Shown here one piece after another: positions 59,136-64,000 of a stretch of 64,000 bases of DNA (its first letter is position 1; every line of letters begins with the position of its first letter). Under the pieces are notes generated by a model. That model saw only the letters and a program-made list of their open reading frames with translations, had not been told where the DNA came from and did no database searches. Location of the stretch: assembly GCA_964343075.1 (NCBI GenBank), contig CAYFGT010000003.1, positions 25,104 through 89,103 on the forward strand, written 5' to 3'. Both the position numbers and the translations under genes were made by a program. This DNA is from an uncultured Dehalococcoidia bacterium. GTDB lineage: Bacteria > Chloroflexota > Dehalococcoidia > Lucifugimonadales > UBA3495.

Positions 59136-59208
59136 GGGGGTGTAGCTCAGCTGGGAGAGCGCCTGCTTTGCAAGCAGGAAGTCAGGGGTTCGAGTCCCCT
59201 CTCCTCCA
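59136..59208 (+). tRNA. tRNA-Ala (anticodon UGC)
   Basis: Cloverleaf read by eye: acceptor GGGGGTG/CTCCTCC with the G3:U70 alanine identity pair, D-arm GCTC-AGCTGGGA-GAGC, anticodon arm CCTGC-TTTGCAA-GCAGG, T-arm AGGGG-TTCGAGT-CCCCT. An encoded CC follows, and TATAAT lies at 59114-59119 upstream. Confidence 0.95.
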
Positions 59209-59250
59209 CCGACTTTCTTCTTGATAAGTTTGAATAAGTCTGGCGGTGTC

Positions 59251-59844
59251 ATGCCCGATATAACGATTAGCGACAAAGTTCACACTAAACTGCAAGACAT
59301 GGCTTTTTTGAAAGAACTTACTGTAGACGAGGTTCTATCAGAAATATTAGGGCTATCAGCACTGTCTAGGTCTAGAATCAGTCCAAATATCATCGGACCT
59401 GCAGATTTGTATCAAACCTTAGTTATGCTTATAGGAGTCGCTTACGGTTTAGGAAACGCGGAATTGAACGGGCTTACTAACGCGGATACTAAACAAATTA
59501 CGATATCAAGAAGATTTATTCAGGACCAAATGTTCGAAATACTTGGCTCGTCTTATTTTGTGCATCATAAGGATGAACTTCATAGTGTCTCGCAAGGGCA
59601 ACCACGTTGGAAGAACAGGGTAGGAAATGCCTTAGCTATGCTTACAAAAAAAGGGTTTCTTGAGCATTCAAAAAGCGGAACAGGAAAGTTAATCCCTGGG
59701 AGTTTCGTAGTCACGAAAAAAGGATATGTCTATCTTATGACCAACCTGCTGGATAAAAGCCATGAATCCTACAGAGATATCAGTGTAAAATACCCACGGG
59801 TTTACAGTGGCATCATTTCATTGATCGATAAAGTTAGACCATAG
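59251..59844 (+). CDS. Hypothetical DNA-binding protein (N-terminal RHH-like segment, C-terminal Mrr_N-like winged helix)
   Basis: MPDITISDKVHTKLQDMA...TVDEVLSEIL resembles ribbon-helix-helix antitoxin/regulator N-termini. The C-terminal ...PRWKNRVGNALAMLTKKGFLEH...VVTKKGYVYL resembles the wHTH found at the N-terminus of Mrr-type proteins. The start was moved to ATG 59251. Confidence 0.45.
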   Translation: MPDITISDKVHTKLQDMAFLKELTVDEVLSEILGLSALSRSRISPNIIGPADLYQTLVMLIGVAYGLGNAELNGLTNADTKQITISRRFIQDQMFEILGSSYFVHHKDELHSVSQGQPRWKNRVGNALAMLTKKGFLEHSKSGTGKLIPGSFVVTKKGYVYLMTNLLDKSHESYRDISVKYPRVYSGIISLIDKVRP

Positions 59845-59847
59845 GGG

Positions 59848-60678
59848 TTACTGAAGGTGCTTTAGCACAGTTGGGTCCAAATTGCGATAGTTGCTCGCTG
59901 CTGGGAACGTGCCTTGTTCCACTTCAGTCTTGTAGTCAGTAAAAGCTTTTAACTCTAAGGCACCACAATTTGTATATTTTTTTGCGTGCCTTGGGGTGTA
60001 GTCTACGGATAATCCCAGAATGTCATGAGAAACTTGAACTTGGCCGTCGCAATTTGGGCCTGCTCCAATTCCAATCGTGGGGATGGTTAGTAGGTCGGTG
60101 ATTATTTGGGACAGTTGCGCAGGGACCAGTTCTAAAACCACTGCGAATGCTCCTGCTGCTTCGACTGCTTTGGCATCTTCTATTAGAACCTTGGCGCTTT
60201 TCTCGGTGTTACCTTGAAGTTTAAATCCTCCAAGTGCATGAACCGATTGGGGAGTTAATCCTATATGACTCATGACTGGTATGCCTGCATCTACCAGAGA
60301 AGTGATTGTGTTGCATATTGCTCGACCGCCTTCTAGTTTCACGGCTCCGGCGCCTCCTTGCTGGATTAACAGTGCAGCATTTCGCATGGTGTTTTGGGGA
60401 GATTCATGATAGGACATGAAAGGCATGTCTGATACGACCATGGCGGATGAACTGCCTCGCACAACCGGTTTAGTGTGATGAACCATATCTTGGATTGTGA
60501 CTTCAACTGTGGATTCATACCCTAATACAACCATGCCAAGGCTGTCACCCACTAGAAGAATTGGTATTTCTGCCTGATCGGCTAATTTGGCTGTGGGGTA
60601 GTCATAGGCCGTAACCATGGAGAATGGTGTTGGTAAGGACTTGAAAGTCATCACGTCTGTTGTTGATATCCTGCTCAT
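59848..60678 (-). CDS. panB: 3-methyl-2-oxobutanoate hydroxymethyltransferase PanB
   Basis: MVTAYDYPTAKLADQAEIPILLVGDSLGMVVLGY...VSDMPF...GAGAVKLEGG...GIPVMSHIGLTPQ. Confidence 0.95.
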   Translation of the reverse strand: MSRISTTDVMTFKSLPTPFSMVTAYDYPTAKLADQAEIPILLVGDSLGMVVLGYESTVEVTIQDMVHHTKPVVRGSSSAMVVSDMPFMSYHESPQNTMRNAALLIQQGGAGAVKLEGGRAICNTITSLVDAGIPVMSHIGLTPQSVHALGGFKLQGNTEKSAKVLIEDAKAVEAAGAFAVVLELVPAQLSQIITDLLTIPTIGIGAGPNCDGQVQVSHDILGLSVDYTPRHAKKYTNCGALELKAFTDYKTEVEQGTFPAASNYRNLDPTVLKHLQ

Positions 60679-60679
60679 A

Positions 60680-61543
60680 TTACATAATCTCCTTATCGGG
60701 CAGAGGTGTTGGGTCTGTCATTTTGTTCATTATTGAAGAGGCTTGTTGTGTTACGGTTGTATAAAGTTCTAAGGCCTGCGGGAAATGTTCTCTGAGCCAA
60801 TCTATATGACTGAGTACAGTGTCTTTATCATGACGGACTACCGGTCCTGTTAAAGAGCTAGAACCATAGGTGAAATAGTTATCTATAGTGGTCTCCACAA
60901 TAGTTTTGAGAGCACTAGATGATTGGATATGGTCAAGTCCGGCTGTGGTCATTAATTGTTTGGACAGTTCTAGTAAGGTAGTTACATGTCCGCAGGCCAT
61001 TATCGCACCTATGTGATACGGAATTTTAGAGTGTTTGTCCAAGTTAACCCAAAACCCGTCCAATGTACTAGCAACTTGGGATAATACGGCCTGCACCACC
61101 GACGACTCTGTAGTAATGGAAAACGTTACATCAGTGAAAAGGCCCAGATGGTCGTTTGGATGTTTAACTAGGTTTATAGTTTGAAGGGGATGGAACACTC
61201 CCGTTAAAGCTCCGTTATCCATCGCATGGTTTAGTACTTCTGTATCTTGGGTACCGGAGCAATGGATAACAATGTGTCGAGAATCCCAGTACAAGGATTC
61301 ACATACATTCTGGATTTCTTGGTCAGGTACGGTGAGGAATACTAGATCACAAAACTCAACTAGTTGTTGTGATGTCTGCTTATATGTGCAGTTGCGTGGT
61401 ATGAGGTCATTATGTATCTTGCTATGCTCAGCATTAGTGACTGCCGTTACAGAGATACCTGAGTCGATGAAGTTCCAAGCCAAAGCCTGGCCTACTTTCC
61501 CATATCCGATAATCCCAATCCTCCGAGATTCGAGTGTGCTCAT
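60680..61543 (-). CDS. Rossmann-fold NAD(P)-binding protein with a DUF2520-like C-terminal domain (possible ketopantoate reductase substitute)
   Basis: RIGIIGYGKVGQALAWNF dinucleotide fold, 287 aa. It sits between a peptidase gene (4-nt overlap) and panB (1-nt gap). The function is inferred from context only. Confidence 0.6.
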   Translation of the reverse strand: MSTLESRRIGIIGYGKVGQALAWNFIDSGISVTAVTNAEHSKIHNDLIPRNCTYKQTSQQLVEFCDLVFLTVPDQEIQNVCESLYWDSRHIVIHCSGTQDTEVLNHAMDNGALTGVFHPLQTINLVKHPNDHLGLFTDVTFSITTESSVVQAVLSQVASTLDGFWVNLDKHSKIPYHIGAIMACGHVTTLLELSKQLMTTAGLDHIQSSSALKTIVETTIDNYFTYGSSSLTGPVVRHDKDTVLSHIDWLREHFPQALELYTTVTQQASSIMNKMTDPTPLPDKEIM

Positions 61544-62457
61544 AAGGAGTCCACTGCGGCCAATACCGCTTTGGAAACGACCTTAACCACCGTGATCGCT
61601 AGTTCGTCTATATTGAACGCCACGTCCTTGGTGCCTGTTCCTATAGCAAATAAAGTGTCTCCATCCCTCATGGTATGACAGGGCTTTATGGTAAGGGCTA
61701 ATCCATCGTGACCAATTGATGCCAAATATTGGGCCTCAGACTTAGTGATGGAAGCGTCCGTACCAATCACGCCAATTGTTGTATTCAGGGTTGCAGTTTG
61801 TTGGTCTGGATTATCGTATTGTGTAGGATTTAAGGGGTCATAATCGGATGGAGCATTCTTAGGTATAGCAACTGGTAGTCCAGTAGAGTGGTCGTATATA
61901 CATCCGAAAGCATTCACAGCTATGGTCGCGGCAACAGTGATTCCAGAAGGTAGGACAAATGATGAAGATCCTATTCCTCCCTTTTGTGCCGAACTTCTCC
62001 CGTTCGTTTTAGCTACTGTGGCACCTGTTCCTGCACCCACAGAGCCGCTGCTCAAGGGTTCCGTCGAAGCATTTTGGCAAGCGCTATAGCCATCCTGATA
62101 ACTTAACGTTTGGTTAGTCTTGAAGTTTAAATCATATAATATTGCCGCGGGTATTATAGGTACTAGATTTTCTCCAACTCGATGCCCTATGCCTCTCTCC
62201 TGCATATATAACATCGCCCCATCCGCTGTAGTTAATCCATATGCACTACTCCCTGATAGCATAATCCCATGAATTTTTTGGATGTGTCTACTGGGTGAAA
62301 GCAAATCGGTTTCTCTAGTACCTGGGGAACCTCCACGGACATCTACTCCGCCTGTTGCCCCGTTTTCCGCTAGGATGACAGTACATCCGGTGCCTTTATC
62401 CCGATCTGTGAAGTGCCCTGCTTTCAACCCGTCAACTGCAGTAATAGTCGTGTTCAC
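61540..62457 (-). CDS. Peptidase family S58/P1 (DmpA/BapA-like Ntn aminopeptidase)
   Basis: ITAVDGLKAGHFTD...GTGCTVIL...GGVDVRGGSPGTRETDLL...SGSSAYGL are DmpA-family blocks. GTG start. Confidence 0.85.
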   Translation of the reverse strand: MNTTITAVDGLKAGHFTDRDKGTGCTVILAENGATGGVDVRGGSPGTRETDLLSPSRHIQKIHGIMLSGSSAYGLTTADGAMLYMQERGIGHRVGENLVPIIPAAILYDLNFKTNQTLSYQDGYSACQNASTEPLSSGSVGAGTGATVAKTNGRSSAQKGGIGSSSFVLPSGITVAATIAVNAFGCIYDHSTGLPVAIPKNAPSDYDPLNPTQYDNPDQQTATLNTTIGVIGTDASITKSEAQYLASIGHDGLALTIKPCHTMRDGDTLFAIGTGTKDVAFNIDELAITVVKVVSKAVLAAVDSL

Positions 62458-62461
62458 AGGT

Positions 62462-62530
62462 TTACCTAAAACCAGGACCCGAGTAGCCTAGTGAATATAG
62501 TGTGGTCTTGGTCAACGCGATCCAAGCCAT
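62462..62530 (-). CDS. Possible 22-codon leader ORF (MAWIALTKTTLYSLGYSGPGFR) upstream of the peptidase-panB operon
   Basis: ATG at 62530-62528 lies 4-6 nt after AAGGAAGGGG. The stop TAA lies 4 nt before the DmpA-like GTG. There is no homology evidence and it is very short. Confidence 0.25.
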   Translation of the reverse strand: MAWIALTKTTLYSLGYSGPGFR

Positions 62531-62589
62531 ATGGCCCCTTCCTTAAATCAAAACAACTCACCTCCGTACAAACGGTAGATGGTATTTAA

Positions 62590-62618
62590 ATTGTAAAATT
62601 GGCTACTGACGATGTCAA
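62590..62618 (-). promoter_or_regulatory. Near-consensus promoter of the peptidase-DUF2520-panB operon (TTGACA-17 nt-TACAAT)
   Basis: On the minus strand, TTGACA lies at 62618-62613 and TACAAT at 62595-62590. This leaves a leader of about 125 nt before GTG 62457. Confidence 0.5.
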
Positions 62619-62630
62619 ACTTTTAAAGAA

Positions 62631-63872
62631 TTATTCCTTACCGTTTACTATATTTATGATGTTTTCGCCGATTTTTAAGAATTCTTCAGAGATTTCTTCT
62701 AGGTCTCCTTTGTTGGAAGCATACAGTTCCAGCGCTTTCAGCGGGTTCAGATCCTGAGCTTTTTCGACAGATACGCTAGGTCTTCTCTGTGACAGGCTTT
62801 CGTATGTAATGTTGGCAATGAATTTTGCGGATGCCAACGAATCTCGGATTTGGCGTTCGTTGATCAATTGATACAAATTGGAAGGTAATTTGATTCTGAG
62901 TCGGACTATAGCTTCATCCACGCTGTGAGTGGAAATCTGGAAAGCAATATACCCGTTGGGGTCTCCAGTATCAGGTGGCACCTGGACATCAATGGTTAAA
63001 AATTTGCGCGCTGAGACTTTTACAAATTCAAATGAGGATAATCTAGTAGTTGCAGGACGAGTTTCGTCTAGTATGATTACACAGAAACCTTTATCTTCGT
63101 GCTCTTCTGAAAAATCAACCCGTTCCAAACTTCCTGAATATACGATCTGTGGGTGATTTGAACTAACGACTTGATGCTTGTGAATGTGACCTAGGGCTAC
63201 GTAGTCGATTTGAGGATACTGGAGTGAACTTACCAAAAGTGTGTGATCATTCCCCATCATCATAGACCTTTCGGAACCCACAGTGGCTCCGTTTACGGTT
63301 ACATGCCCGACTATGATGGCAGGAATATTAGGGTTTAGGTTTGCAGCGTTGGCTCTGATTCCTTCGGTGAGTCTTCGTTCCAGTTCCATTCGTACTTGGT
63401 CTATGTTAAGCCCTTTCGTCTCTTCTCGTGATAGTAGCGAGCCTTTTTTGGGCCAGGGAAGGGAAATTATTTGAATGGGGCCAGCTTCCGTAGTAATGAT
63501 ATGTGTTGTTAAGGTATCACCGACATGAATGCCTGCAACATCCAGGGTAGGGAAGATTTCTACAGCAGTTGCCCGATTAGTTGAATTAGGTAAATCGTGA
63601 TTGCCTACAACTACAAAAGTGGGAATATTAGCTTTGGTTAGTCTGGATATCCTTTTGGCGAACTCTCGCTGGTGAGTTTGGGAAGGGTCTCGGGATTTAT
63701 AAACGTCTCCTGCAAGTACCACAAGATCAACGGTATGGGTGATCGCATAGTCGACTAGTTCATCAAATACATTTAAGAAATCATTTAATCTTGACGACAG
63801 CCCAGTGTCTGGGTCAATTGTTCCATAATTTTCAACTCCTATGTGGAGATCTGCGAAATGGATGATTTTCAT
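62631..63872 (-). CDS. sbcD: SbcD/Mre11-family nuclease (calcineurin-like metallophosphoesterase)
   Basis: MKIIHFADLHIG..., LVVLAGDVY, VVGNHD and GHIH motifs; 413 aa. Confidence 0.85.
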   Translation of the reverse strand: MKIIHFADLHIGVENYGTIDPDTGLSSRLNDFLNVFDELVDYAITHTVDLVVLAGDVYKSRDPSQTHQREFAKRISRLTKANIPTFVVVGNHDLPNSTNRATAVEIFPTLDVAGIHVGDTLTTHIITTEAGPIQIISLPWPKKGSLLSREETKGLNIDQVRMELERRLTEGIRANAANLNPNIPAIIVGHVTVNGATVGSERSMMMGNDHTLLVSSLQYPQIDYVALGHIHKHQVVSSNHPQIVYSGSLERVDFSEEHEDKGFCVIILDETRPATTRLSSFEFVKVSARKFLTIDVQVPPDTGDPNGYIAFQISTHSVDEAIVRLRIKLPSNLYQLINERQIRDSLASAKFIANITYESLSQRRPSVSVEKAQDLNPLKALELYASNKGDLEEISEEFLKIGENIINIVNGKE

Positions 63873-64000
63873 AAGGTTACTATACTAGTTTATGGATGTA
63901 GATGACATAACTAACTAACTGGGTTTCAGGCAAAATGAGAGTTGCGAGACTATTGCAATGGTAGTTGGATTGACTACAAATTAAAGCTCTGTTAGTCTTG

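Noticed and set aside
59136-59208. The possibility that the tRNA-Ala is a pseudo-tRNA because of a U6:U67 mismatch in the acceptor stem
   Set aside because: All other stems are perfect, the G3:U70 identity pair and T-loop GTTCGAGT are intact, and a -10 element precedes it. A single U:U pair is tolerated in functional tRNAs.
59094-59276. A 60-aa minus-strand ORF
   Set aside because: It overlaps the tRNA-Ala gene on the opposite strand. Its sequence is the reverse translation of tRNA and flanking A/T-rich DNA.

Overview
This is a gene-dense, AT-leaning bacterial chromosomal segment. By eye more than 90% is coding. I found one tRNA and no rRNA, CRISPR array, transposase or integrase. The content is housekeeping operons interleaved with many acyl-CoA, flavoenzyme and transporter genes. 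The housekeeping operons are groES-groEL, thiG-thiE-thiS, pyrB-pyrC-carA-X-carB, pyrF, plsX-fabG, panB and tRNA-Ala(UGC). The other genes include family-III and family-I CoA-transferases, AMP-ligases, crotonases, GMC oxidoreductases, luciferase-like monooxygenases, a thiolase, MFS transporters, an RND/MMPL exporter and a Liv-type ABC system. This paralog mix suggests a marine Chloroflexota (SAR202-like) heterotroph, but that is inference only.

The most interesting signal is invisible to the ORF track. Two adjacent minus-strand ORFs (53838-54137 and 53595-53816) are one reading frame interrupted only by TGA at 53838-53840. Read-through gives a 180-aa protein with the motif U-G-S-C-S-A-C (UxxCxxC). 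That is the selenocysteine motif of selenoprotein B of the glycine/sarcosine/betaine reductases. A SECIS-like hairpin begins 11 nt after the UGA. This mini-GrdB-like selenoprotein is the last gene of a tightly coupled five-gene operon: thiolase, GMC flavoprotein, NHL beta-propeller, a 356-aa protein I cannot assign, and the selenoprotein. None of the canonical Grd/Prd partners is present.

Other notable items:
- A family-I CoA-transferase array in the order A', B'::A fusion, B, where the B' domain has lost the catalytic Glu.
- An unknown 132-aa ORF wedged between carA and carB.
- A terminator/RBS-sequestering hairpin directly in front of pyrB, with no pyrR nearby.
- A consensus groESL promoter with a non-CIRCE inverted repeat.
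- A single-polypeptide LivH-LivM permease.
- A pantothenate operon containing a DmpA/S58 peptidase and a possible leader peptide.

Several track start codons were revised on RBS evidence. One Trm112-like gene shorter than 60 aa was added.
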